64,000 bases of DNA from an uncultured Microbacteriaceae bacterium (GTDB taxonomy: Bacteria; Actinomycetota; Actinomycetes; Actinomycetales; Microbacteriaceae). The stretch's first letter is position 1. Every line of letters starts with the position of its first letter. The stretch lies in contig CAIOLM010000018.1 of NCBI GenBank assembly GCA_903859205.1, positions 10,895 through 74,894 on the forward strand, written 5' to 3'. This document shows positions 56,490-64,000 of the stretch, one piece after another. Made by a program: the position numbers and the translations under genes. Below the pieces are notes generated by a model. It was not told where the DNA came from. It searched no databases and worked only from the letters and a program-made list of their open reading frames with translations.

Positions 56490-57539
56490 ATGGTTATTAA
56501 GAATGCTTTTCGCGTCGGTCTCATTGGAGCCCTCGGTGTCGGTCTAGCGATGCTCCTCATGACGATGGTCGGCTCGCTGGCCACCGTGCTCACCTACATC
56601 GGTGTGGCCTTCTTCTTGGCGCTTGGTCTTGATCCGGCCGTCAAGTGGCTGGGGCGCCACCGTTTTCCCCAGTGGGCCTCAATTCTGACGGTTGTCATCG
56701 TCTTCCTGCTCGTTGTTGGCGGCGCCATTTTCGCGGTTGTCCCCTCGCTTGTCGACCAGACCAGCTCGTTTATCAAGAACTTCCCCGAGATTTCGAAGAG
56801 CTTCTTGCAGGAGCCGTGGGTGATCTGGATTCAGCACACCTTCGGTGCCAGTTTTGACGTGAAGGCCATCGTGCATGCCATTCAGAAATTCTTGTCTGAC
56901 CCCAACAACATCTCCAAGGTCACCGGAGGGCTCCTGAAGGTTGGACTCGGCATCGCCAGCGGCGTGACGGGCACCATCATCGTGATCATCCTGACCCTCT
57001 ACTTCACGGCGTCACTCGACCTCATCAAGAAGTCGACCTACGCGCTCGTTCCCATGTCGAAGCGAACTGGCTTCGCCGACATGTTCGAAAAGGTCACTCA
57101 GGGAGTGGGCAAGTACGTTGTCGGTCAGATTGCTCTTGCAGCGCTCAATGGCATGCTCTGTTTCATCACGCTGACCATCATCGGAGGCAAGGCCGCCATC
57201 GTTTGGGCCTTCGTAGCTTTCCTGCTGGCGCTGATTCCCTTGATTGGTACGGTCATCTCAGCCGTGACAGTTTCACTGGCCCAGTTGGTTGTGGCCGGCC
57301 CGACAACGGCCCTCGTGATCCTGATTTACTTCCTCGTGTACATGCAGATTGAGGCCTACGTCATCAGCCCGCGCGTGATGAACAAGGCAGTCTCGATTCC
57401 GGGTTCGGTTGTGGTCATCGCAGCGCTCGCCGGTGGAGAGCTGATGGGTATTCTCGGTGCGCTGGTGGCCATCCCGATTGCTGCCTCAATCATCTTGATC
57501 ATCAAAGAGATTGCGATGCCCAGGCTCGACAAGATGTAG
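56490..57539 (+). CDS. AI-2E family transporter (PerM/UPF0118)
   Basis: 349 aa. ...YVVGQIALAALNGMLCFITLTIIG...LIPLIGTVISAV...PGSVVVIAALAGGELMGILGALVAIP. Confidence 0.85.
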   Translation: MVIKNAFRVGLIGALGVGLAMLLMTMVGSLATVLTYIGVAFFLALGLDPAVKWLGRHRFPQWASILTVVIVFLLVVGGAIFAVVPSLVDQTSSFIKNFPEISKSFLQEPWVIWIQHTFGASFDVKAIVHAIQKFLSDPNNISKVTGGLLKVGLGIASGVTGTIIVIILTLYFTASLDLIKKSTYALVPMSKRTGFADMFEKVTQGVGKYVVGQIALAALNGMLCFITLTIIGGKAAIVWAFVAFLLALIPLIGTVISAVTVSLAQLVVAGPTTALVILIYFLVYMQIEAYVISPRVMNKAVSIPGSVVVIAALAGGELMGILGALVAIPIAASIILIIKEIAMPRLDKM

Positions 57540-57542
57540 CGA

Positions 57543-58223
57543 CTAGTAAGGCGACATGCCACCGCTGATGTCGAAGACGCCTCCGGTGGTGTAACTAACT
57601 TCGTCTGACGCGAGCCAGCTGACCATGGCAGCAACCTCTTCCGGTCTGCCGATGCGGCCCAGAGGAATGAGCGTCATGATGTGTTCGTAAACATGGGGTG
57701 GCAGGGCTGCATGCATCGGTGTTTCAAAAATGGATGGTGTGATCGCGTTCACGATGACGCCTGTCGAAGCGAGCTCTTTGCCTAGTGACTTCGTTAGTGC
57801 GATGGCCGCACCCTTCGATGCTGAATAGCAAGCAAGGTTAGGCGTGCCCTCTTTGCCCGAAAGGCTCGCAATGTTGACGACACGACCCCAGCCGGCCTCG
57901 ACCATAGCCGGCACAACCGCCTTGGTGACATTCACGAGTCCGTGCACGTTGATCTCGAAAGTCGTGAGCCACTCAGTCGGCTCGGTTTCGAGAAAAGGCT
58001 TTTGCGGCCCCAGGATGCCAGCGCTATTGACCAGAATGTCGAACGGTTCTAGCGAAGCGACCGCTTCGTTGACCGCTGCAAAGTCGGTGACGTCAACGAC
58101 GAGGTCTGCCGTTGAAGCCACGTCCATGGTGGTGACGTGAATGCCGTCGGCACGCAGTCGGGTGACGCATGCAGCTCCAAGTCCGCTCTCGCCACCGGTA
58201 ACTAACGCTCGACGCATCCCCAC
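57543..58223 (-). CDS. Short-chain dehydrogenase/reductase (SDR)
   Basis: ALVTGGESGLG, NSAG, YSASK motifs; 226 aa. Confidence 0.85.
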   Translation of the reverse strand: MGMRRALVTGGESGLGAACVTRLRADGIHVTTMDVASTADLVVDVTDFAAVNEAVASLEPFDILVNSAGILGPQKPFLETEPTEWLTTFEINVHGLVNVTKAVVPAMVEAGWGRVVNIASLSGKEGTPNLACYSASKGAAIALTKSLGKELASTGVIVNAITPSIFETPMHAALPPHVYEHIMTLIPLGRIGRPEEVAAMVSWLASDEVSYTTGGVFDISGGMSPY

Positions 58224-58263
58224 CCTTTCTCTGGTCGTGGTTACCTAGGCTACGCGCTCAAGC

Positions 58264-58315
58264 GACTCTCGTTCGAGGAGAGTCCGTCAAGCGGAACTGC
58301 CCCGAACACTCGGGG
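58264..58315 (-). terminator. Two stem-loops downstream of tRNA-Phe (no U-tract)
   Basis: gactctc-gttcgag-gagagtc (58264-58284) and ccccga-acac-tcgggg (58300-58315). Confidence 0.35.
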
Positions 58316-58321
58316 TCTTAC

Positions 58322-58397
58322 TGGTGGCTCCGACGGGCGTCGATCCCGTGACCTCACGATTTTCAGTCGTGCGCTCTACCAACTGAGCTACAGAGCC
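58322..58397 (-). tRNA. tRNA-Phe (GAA), CCA encoded, atypical T-loop
   Basis: The reverse complement GGCTCTGTAGCTCAGTTGGTAGAGCGCACGACTGAAAATCGTGAGGTCACGGGATCGACGCCCGTCGGAGCCACCA folds as a cloverleaf with anticodon loop CTGAAAA. The T-loop reads ATCGACG. Confidence 0.9.
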
Positions 58398-58422
58398 AGA
58401 CAACCTTGCAGTCGCCTAGATG

Positions 58423-58447
58423 AAAAACCCTTCCGAAGAAGGGTTTT
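58423..58447. terminator. Bidirectional intrinsic-terminator-like hairpin between tRNA-Asp and tRNA-Phe
   Basis: aaaaacccttc-cgaa-gaagggtttt: a GC core stem CCCTTC/GAAGGG flanked by A-run and T-run. Confidence 0.6.
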
Positions 58448-58455
58448 CACATCTG

Positions 58456-58529
58456 CGACCCTGACGGGACTTGAACCCGCGACCTCCGCCGTGACAGGGC
58501 GGCACGCTAACCAACTGCGCTACAGGGCC
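58456..58529 (-). tRNA. tRNA-Asp (GTC), CCA not encoded
   Basis: Reverse complement GGCCCTGTAGCGCAGTTGGTTAGCGTGCCGCCCTGTCACGGCGGAGGTCGCGGGTTCAAGTCCCGTCAGGGTCG; anticodon loop CTGTCAC. Confidence 0.92.
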
Positions 58530-58560
58530 TTACATGTTGCAACCCGACTAGCTTACATCC

Positions 58561-58636
58561 TGGTGACCCCAACGGGATTCGAACCCGTGCTACCGCCGTG
58601 AAAGGGCGGCGTCCTAGGCCACTAAACGATGGGGCC
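58561..58636 (-). tRNA. tRNA-Glu (TTC), CCA encoded
   Basis: Reverse complement GGCCCCATCGTTTAGTGGCCTAGGACGCCGCCCTTTCACGGCGGTAGCACGGGTTCGAATCCCGTTGGGGTCACCA; anticodon loop CTTTCAC. Confidence 0.92.
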
Positions 58637-58768
58637 GGGAAGGAAGCTAACCATAAGGATTTGCGACACTTCAGCATAGGGGAAAGGCGCGCTGGTGCGT
58701 TAATCGGGGGCAGCGCCTAGCCGTCTGGCTTCCCAGCTTCTCTCCAGAAGCGCTGTTACCGTAAAAAG

Positions 58769-59992
58769 ATGCGCGCTCGAATCCTCAAGCTAGTCGGTGG
58801 CCTTGCGGTCATTGGCGTGCTTTTGGTCGGTGGCGTGGTCTCGTCGGCGTCTGCATCCACGTATCCGAGCTGGAACGATGTCGTCAAGGCCCGCAAGTCG
58901 ACCGCAGCTAAGGCCGCCGAGGTGAAGCGCATCGAAGGACTCATTGCCGGGCTTCAAGACGACGTGCGCGCAGCCACCGAGGTTGCGCAGGCCAAGGGTG
59001 ACATTTATCACGAGGCCCAAGACAAGTACGACGAAGCTGACCAGCGCGCTCAAGACTTGCAAGCCCAAGCGGATGCCGCACAAAAGAAGGCCGACGAAGC
59101 GAAGGCCCTTGCCGGTCGTCTCGGCGCCGAGCTATACCGCTCGGGTGGAAGCGATCTTGCTCTCAACCTCATGCTTCAGGGCGGGAACGACAGCGCCGAT
59201 CAGTTACTGGCGCGTCTCGGATCGATGAGCAAGCTCGTGGAACGCTCGTCGCGCATTTACGCCGACGCCACGGCGGCACAGAACGAAGCGCAGTCGCTGC
59301 AAGACCAAGCCAAGATTGCTCTCGCTGAACGCGAGAAACTCAAAGAGGCCGCGCAGATCGCCTACCAAGATGCGGTGGACGCCCAGCAGGTTGTGCAGTC
59401 CAAGCTCGATGAGAGCCAGGCGCACGAAGCTACCCTTCAGGCTCAGCTCGCAGCGCTGAAGGCGGCCAGCGACGCAACCGTCGCTAAGTACCGGGTCGGT
59501 GTTGAGATCGCTCGCCAGGCGGCTCTCGAGCGAGCCCGCCGCGAGGCCGCTGAGCGCGGCGTTTCGGTGAGCGATGCCGGCTGGACCCGGCCTTCCGATG
59601 GCTGGATCAGCGACGGTTACGGCCCGCGCACGCCCATCTGGACCGGATATGGCTGGTCAAACCCGTTCCACCGCGGACTCGACTTTGCCGCAAGCTGCGG
59701 CAGTGGAATGTATGCCGCATCGGGTGGTCGCGTATCGTTCACCGGCTGGGATGGCGGCCTCGGCTACCACATCGAAATCGACCACGGCGGGGGCATCATC
59801 AGCACGTACTCGCACATTCAGCGCGGTGGAATCCTGGTGCGCTGGGGTGCCGAGGTGGGCCCGGGAGAAAAAATCGCCCTCACCGGAACCACGGGAACGT
59901 CAACCGGTTGCCACTTGCACTTCATGATTTACGTCAAGGGTTCGACCGTGAACCCAAAGACCTACCTGCGCAGCAAGGGCGTCGGAATTTAG
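58769..59992 (+). CDS. Secreted M23-family peptidoglycan metalloendopeptidase with an N-terminal coiled-coil region
   Basis: Signal peptide; a long Ala/Gln/Glu-rich coiled-coil region. M23 motifs FHRGLDFAA and GCHLHFMIY. Confidence 0.88.
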   Translation: MRARILKLVGGLAVIGVLLVGGVVSSASASTYPSWNDVVKARKSTAAKAAEVKRIEGLIAGLQDDVRAATEVAQAKGDIYHEAQDKYDEADQRAQDLQAQADAAQKKADEAKALAGRLGAELYRSGGSDLALNLMLQGGNDSADQLLARLGSMSKLVERSSRIYADATAAQNEAQSLQDQAKIALAEREKLKEAAQIAYQDAVDAQQVVQSKLDESQAHEATLQAQLAALKAASDATVAKYRVGVEIARQAALERARREAAERGVSVSDAGWTRPSDGWISDGYGPRTPIWTGYGWSNPFHRGLDFAASCGSGMYAASGGRVSFTGWDGGLGYHIEIDHGGGIISTYSHIQRGGILVRWGAEVGPGEKIALTGTTGTSTGCHLHFMIYVKGSTVNPKTYLRSKGVGI

Positions 59993-59994
59993 CC

Positions 59995-60486
59995 CTAGTG
60001 GCCTTCGGCCTTGAGGCGCTCGAAACCGTCGAGCACAATCTGCTCGGCCTCAGCCGCGTTGCCCCAGTCTTCAACCTTGACAAACTTGCCGGGCTCGAGG
60101 TCCTTGTAACGCTCGAAGAAGTGCTTGATTTCGGCGCGGGTCTGCTCGGGAACATCCGTGATGTCTTGAATGTGCGCCCAGCGTGGGTCTTTGTGGGGGA
60201 CAGCGATGACCTTAGAGTCGATGCCGGCCTCATCGCTCATGTTGAGCACGCCTACCGGGCGAACCTTCACTCCGACGCCGGGGAAGACCGGGTACTCGAG
60301 CAGCACCAGCACGTCGACGGGGTCACCGTCGAGGCCGAGGGTGTTCTCGAAGTAGCCATAGTCGGTGGGGTACACGAACGTGGTGAAGAGCACGCGGTCG
60401 AGGTAAACGCGACCGGTTTCGTGATCAACTTCGTACTTGTTGCGGCTCCCCTTGGGGATTTCAACCACGATGTCATATGCGCCCAC
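59995..60486 (-). CDS. ppa: Inorganic diphosphatase
   Basis: 163 aa. [13 protein letters not shown]...[17 protein letters not shown] before the GTG. Confidence 0.95.
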   Translation of the reverse strand: MGAYDIVVEIPKGSRNKYEVDHETGRVYLDRVLFTTFVYPTDYGYFENTLGLDGDPVDVLVLLEYPVFPGVGVKVRPVGVLNMSDEAGIDSKVIAVPHKDPRWAHIQDITDVPEQTRAEIKHFFERYKDLEPGKFVKVEDWGNAAEAEQIVLDGFERLKAEGH

Positions 60487-60534
60487 GCGTGCACTCCTTA
60501 TTAGTTCGATGAGGTCGCAATAAGGTTATCGAAG

Positions 60535-61584
60535 ATGACTGCTCGCCCGCGCCTCACGCCTGCCATGGCCGATACTCGTCGTGCCGTGCGCGAACTTTTG
60601 CGTGAGGTTTTCCCCGAGGCGCTCGAAGCTATGACCGCAATGCCCGGATGCGCGGGCGGAACCGGCTACGACGTTCCCGTTGATGCGCCCTTGGTCTTGG
60701 TCGCTCTCAGCGGCGGCGCAGACTCGCTCGCACTCGCGGCAGCGACGGCCTTCGAAGCTCAGCGCTGCGGCCTGCGTGCCGGTGCCATCGTTGTTGACCA
60801 CGGGCTTCAGGCCGGCTCGGCCGAGGTGGCTGCCATCGCGGCCGAGCAGGCGCGCAGGCTCGGCCTTGCACCCGTCGCCGTTGAACGCGTCGAAGTATCG
60901 GGAGCCGCTGGTCCTGAAGCCAACGCCCGAGCCGCTCGTTATGCCGCATTCGAGAAAGCCATCGGGGCACACAACGCCGATGCAGTTCTGCTCGCCCACA
61001 CGCTTGACGACCAGGCCGAGACAGTACTGCTCGGGCTCACGCGCGGTGCCGGGGGCTCGAGCCTGGCCGGCATGGAGCCTGTGAGCGGCGTGTACCTGCG
61101 GCCCTTCCTGGGGATTCGACGCGAGCAAACCGTCGCCGCCTGCTCAGACCAGGGGCTCGAGGCATGGTCGGATCCGCAGAACGCGGACACCGCATACACA
61201 CGGGTGCGCATCCGAAACGATGTCTTGCCCGTGCTCGAAGCACAGCTCGGCCCAGGAATTGCCGAAGCTCTGGCGCGCACGGCCGAGCACCTGCAGGATG
61301 ATGCTGAAGTTCTTGAAGCCATCGCTGAAAATGTGTTCTCTAACACCGCCATCGTGGCGATTAAAGGAATGACCAGCCTCGAGTGCTCAATTGAAGACCT
61401 GCCCCGAGCAATTCGGGTACGGGTTTACCAGCGCGCGGCTGCGGCCACGGGGTCGGGCCCGCTTACTTCAGCGCACCTGAGCGGCATTGACGAGCTCGTA
61501 ACGGGCTGGCACGGTCAGGTTGGGATCGACGTGCCCGGTGGACGAGTGGTTCGAGAAAACGGAATTTTGCGCTTCGAGCTCTAA
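60535..61584 (+). CDS. tilS: tRNA(Ile)-lysidine synthase
   Basis: PP-loop LSGGADSLAL; ...LLAHTLDDQAETVLL. Confidence 0.9.
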   Translation: MTARPRLTPAMADTRRAVRELLREVFPEALEAMTAMPGCAGGTGYDVPVDAPLVLVALSGGADSLALAAATAFEAQRCGLRAGAIVVDHGLQAGSAEVAAIAAEQARRLGLAPVAVERVEVSGAAGPEANARAARYAAFEKAIGAHNADAVLLAHTLDDQAETVLLGLTRGAGGSSLAGMEPVSGVYLRPFLGIRREQTVAACSDQGLEAWSDPQNADTAYTRVRIRNDVLPVLEAQLGPGIAEALARTAEHLQDDAEVLEAIAENVFSNTAIVAIKGMTSLECSIEDLPRAIRVRVYQRAAAATGSGPLTSAHLSGIDELVTGWHGQVGIDVPGGRVVRENGILRFEL

Positions 61585-61643
61585 CGCGCATCCGTGCGGA
61601 GGTGGTTGGATAGACAAAACCCACGACAAGCCGAAAGAGCGAA

Positions 61644-62213
61644 ATGGAACTCTCCGACATCATGAACGATCTGACCGAGGTACTTTTCACCGAGGCCGAG
61701 ATTCACGCGCGCATCGCTGAGATTGCTCGCGAGATCGAGCGTGACTACCCGGCTGGTGATGTTCTGCTCGTGGGCGTGCTCAAAGGTGCCGTCATCGTGA
61801 TGGCCGACCTGGCGCGCGAGCTCAAGTTCCACGCGCACCTGGACTTCATGGCGGTGAGCTCATATGGCGCAAGCACACAGTCGTCGGGCGTGGTCAAGAT
61901 CAACAAGGACCTCGACACCGATGTCGCGGGTAAGAAGGTTCTCTTGATTGAAGACATCATGGACTCCGGTCTGACCCTTTCGTGGTTGGTCAACAACATG
62001 GAGTCACGCGGAGCAGCCAGCGTCGAGGTGTGTGCAATGTTCCGCAAGCCCGAAGCCGTGAAAATTCCCGTCAATGTGAAGTACGTCGGCTTCGACATCC
62101 CGCCGGCCTTCGTTGTGGGCTACGGGCTTGATTACGCCGAGAAGTACCGCAATGTGCGTGGTCTCGGAGTGCTCGCTCCGCACGTTTACGGCGGAGCCGA
62201 CCCGCACGCCTAG
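61644..62213 (+). CDS. hpt: Hypoxanthine phosphoribosyltransferase
   Basis: PRPP motif VLLIEDIMDSGLT; VGYGLDY. Confidence 0.95.
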   Translation: MELSDIMNDLTEVLFTEAEIHARIAEIAREIERDYPAGDVLLVGVLKGAVIVMADLARELKFHAHLDFMAVSSYGASTQSSGVVKINKDLDTDVAGKKVLLIEDIMDSGLTLSWLVNNMESRGAASVEVCAMFRKPEAVKIPVNVKYVGFDIPPAFVVGYGLDYAEKYRNVRGLGVLAPHVYGGADPHA

Positions 62214-62239
62214 TCGACTGCGGTGCCTAGACTTGCTCC

Positions 62240-62947
62240 ATGGCCCGCGCTGATTTGTCTAAGCAACCCTCCGAGGTTGCCGCAATGTTCGACGACGTGG
62301 CTAAGGGCTACGACCGCACAAACAACCTTCTGTCGGGTGGAAATGCACCGCTCTGGCGCATCCAGCTCGTTCGCGCCGTCAACCCCCAGTCGGGCGAGAA
62401 AGTTCTCGACCTAGCTGCCGGCACCGGAACGAGTAGCGCTGCCCTCGCCGCGGCAGGAGCACAGGTTGTCGCCGGTGATTTCTCTGAGGGGATGCTCGAC
62501 GTGGGTCGCGCGAAGCACGGTGCCAACCCGCTCATCTCCTTCGTGCACGCCGACGCAATGAAGCTGCCTTTCAAGAAGAACGAATTCGACGCGGTGACCA
62601 TGTCGTTTGGTCTGCGCAACGTGTTGGAGCCTAAGACCGCGCTCAAAGAGCTGTTTCGGGTCACCAAGCCCGGTGGCCGCATTGTGATTTGTGAATTCTC
62701 GACGCCCACGAACGGCTTCACCAAGGCCTTCTACAAGACCTACCTCACCAAGGTTATGCCGGCGTTTGCCAAGCTCTCGAGCAGCAACTCTGAGGCCTAC
62801 ACCTACCTTGCTGAATCGATCGAAGCCTGGCCTGACCAGAGCGAGCTCTCCGCCTGGATTCGCGAGGCAGGCTTCGAGCACGTGGCTCATCGCAACCTCA
62901 CCGGCGGCATCGTGGCGATGCACCGCGGAGTCAAGCCGCTTTCATAG
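62240..62947 (+). CDS. menG: Demethylmenaquinone methyltransferase
   Basis: MFDDVAKGYDRTNNLLS, SAM motif VLDLAAGTG, FGLRNV. Confidence 0.9.
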   Translation: MARADLSKQPSEVAAMFDDVAKGYDRTNNLLSGGNAPLWRIQLVRAVNPQSGEKVLDLAAGTGTSSAALAAAGAQVVAGDFSEGMLDVGRAKHGANPLISFVHADAMKLPFKKNEFDAVTMSFGLRNVLEPKTALKELFRVTKPGGRIVICEFSTPTNGFTKAFYKTYLTKVMPAFAKLSSSNSEAYTYLAESIEAWPDQSELSAWIREAGFEHVAHRNLTGGIVAMHRGVKPLS

Positions 62948-63004
62948 CCCGCGGGTCGAGTGCGCCCGAAGGGCGTGTATCGAGACCAGAGTAGGCTGGC
63001 AAGC

Positions 63005-64000
63005 GTGAATAGCGGACCCATGGCTGAGGCGGCCAAGCACCTGAGCTTGCGTGATCGCCTCTTTGCTTCGCGCGAAACCAAGGCGCTCGGTCCGATCATT
63101 GACGCGGGCGTTGACCGCGTTGAGAAGGGTCTGGCCGACCAGGTGCACTTCACGCACGATGTTGCTGATGCAGCTGGTCGATACCTGCTCGATGCCGGCG
63201 GAAAGCGGGTTCGCCCCATGCTTGCACTGCTCACTTCGCAGCTGGGCACGGGCATCACCGATGAGGTCGTCACCGCGTCACAGGCTATTGAAATCACCCA
63301 TCTTGCCTCGCTGTATCACGATGACGTGATGGATGACGCTCCGCTGCGTCGCGGGGTCGACTCTGCGCACATGGTCTGGGGTAACTCGATCGCGATTCTG
63401 ACCGGTGACCTTCTATTTGCTCGCGCGAGCACCCTGATGGCCCGCCTCGGAGAGCGCGCCATTGCACTACAGGCCGAGACCTTCGAACGCCTCTGCATCG
63501 GTCAGCTGAACGAGACCGTCGGCCCCAAGGCGGGCGATGACCCGTTAGCGCACTACATTCACGTACTCGAAGACAAGACCGGGTCGCTCATCTCAGCCGC
63601 TGCCCGCGCAGGAGTTATCTTCTCGGGTGCACCAGAAGAGTACGAAGACGCCGTGGTCGGGTTCGGCGACAAGATCGGTGTCGCTTTCCAGCTCGCCGAT
63701 GACGTCATCGATCTTTCGCCAGACGCTAAGACGGGCAAGCAGGCAGGCACCGACCTCAAGGCCGGCGTCGTTACCTTGCCCACGTTGTACTTGGCGCGTT
63801 CGGCAGAGACGAACCCCGCAGACGCAGACCTGCAAGAGCGCATCCGCATTGCCGTCGAGGCAGACGATGACTCTGCGCTCGCCGCGTTGACCGTCGAGCT
63901 CTACAACCACGAGGTCACCAACCAGACGCGCGCCGAAGCACACCGCTGGGCGGCCGAGGCGGTTGACGCCCTTGCCCCACTTCCCGAGGGAGCTGTCAAG
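63005..64000 (+). CDS. Polyprenyl diphosphate synthase (trans-IPPS; heptaprenyl/GGPP synthase-like), 3' end outside the window
   Basis: Not in the track (no stop in the window). Frame from GTG 63005 / ATG 63020: ...GGKRVRPMLALL...IEITHLASLYHDDVMDDAPLRRG (first DDxxD)...FQLADDVID (second DDxxD). Confidence 0.88.
   Translation, partial: MNSGPMAEAAKHLSLRDRLFASRETKALGPIIDAGVDRVEKGLADQVHFTHDVADAAGRYLLDAGGKRVRPMLALLTSQLGTGITDEVVTASQAIEITHLASLYHDDVMDDAPLRRGVDSAHMVWGNSIAILTGDLLFARASTLMARLGERAIALQAETFERLCIGQLNETVGPKAGDDPLAHYIHVLEDKTGSLISAAARAGVIFSGAPEEYEDAVVGFGDKIGVAFQLADDVIDLSPDAKTGKQAGTDLKAGVVTLPTLYLARSAETNPADADLQERIRIAVEADDDSALAALTVELYNHEVTNQTRAEAHRWAAEAVDALAPLPEGAVK

Noticed and set aside
38641-58321. 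The accessory stretch as a tRNA-targeted genomic island
   Set aside because: There is no integrase, recombinase, transposase or phage/conjugation gene. I found no direct repeat of the tRNA-Phe 3' end near 38.6 kb. Only the small AT-rich patch at 38.70-38.75 kb looks compositionally foreign.
58637-58768. Possible ydaO/c-di-AMP-type riboswitch upstream of the M23 cell-wall hydrolase
   Set aside because: The 132-nt leader lacks the pseudo-symmetric conserved ACGGGG/CCGA-type elements as far as I can recognise them. A TANNNT box 6 nt from the ATG suggests a leaderless mRNA instead.

Overview
High-GC, densely coding actinobacterial chromosome segment; protein signatures and gene order look Microbacteriaceae-like. 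I saw no rRNA, CRISPR array, transposase or integrase.

Layout, left to right:
- 1-6.7 kb: catabolic-looking cluster of a FAH-RraA fusion, an amidase, a GMC oxidoreductase, an LDH/MDH-like protein, a MoaF-like protein and a SnoaL-like protein.
- 6.7-7.2 kb: small RHH / BrnT-like toxin-antitoxin pair.
- 7.3-16.7 kb: housekeeping genes (photolyase, tadA, a CDF transporter, proC, an unlisted 32-aa bS22 ribosomal protein, small thiol-redox proteins, a short type-2 AspRS).
- 16.7-21.1 kb: cytochrome c maturation cluster (resA-like, ccdA, resB, ccsB).
- 21.2-28.7 kb: menaquinone genes menC, menB, menE, menA, menD, menF.
- 28.8-38.6 kb: the conserved ftsH-folE-folP-folB-folK-DUF3180-DUF2520-panC-lysS block, then cls.
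- 38.7-57.5 kb: accessory-looking stretch, described below.
- 58.3-58.6 kb: tRNA-Glu/Asp/Phe cluster.
- 58.8-64 kb: M23 peptidase, ppa, tilS, hpt, menG and a polyprenyl synthase.

The accessory stretch holds the candidates most worth follow-up:
- a Phd/YefM-MNT fusion behind a perfect 18-bp palindrome;
- a DUF4430 lipoprotein with a fused EcfT-EcfA-EcfA' protein and an S component;
- a CASTOR/POLLUX-type channel followed 8 nt later by a 985-aa chimeric surface/polytopic-membrane protein of unrecognised family;
- a GntR-centred divergon, with DUF3500-SnoaL-lipoprotein on one side and FAH, a family III CoA-transferase and a fused AccD/AccA-type carboxyltransferase (no biotin components) on the other.

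Other sequence-level observations:
- The phylum-wide tilS-hpt-ftsH adjacency is broken, and the whole block appears circularly permuted inside the men cluster.
- Many genes have a TANNNT box 5-7 nt (mostly 6) upstream of the start codon, which suggests leaderless transcripts.
- tRNA-Phe has an atypical T-loop (A54).

All functional calls come from motif recognition by eye. No searches were run.
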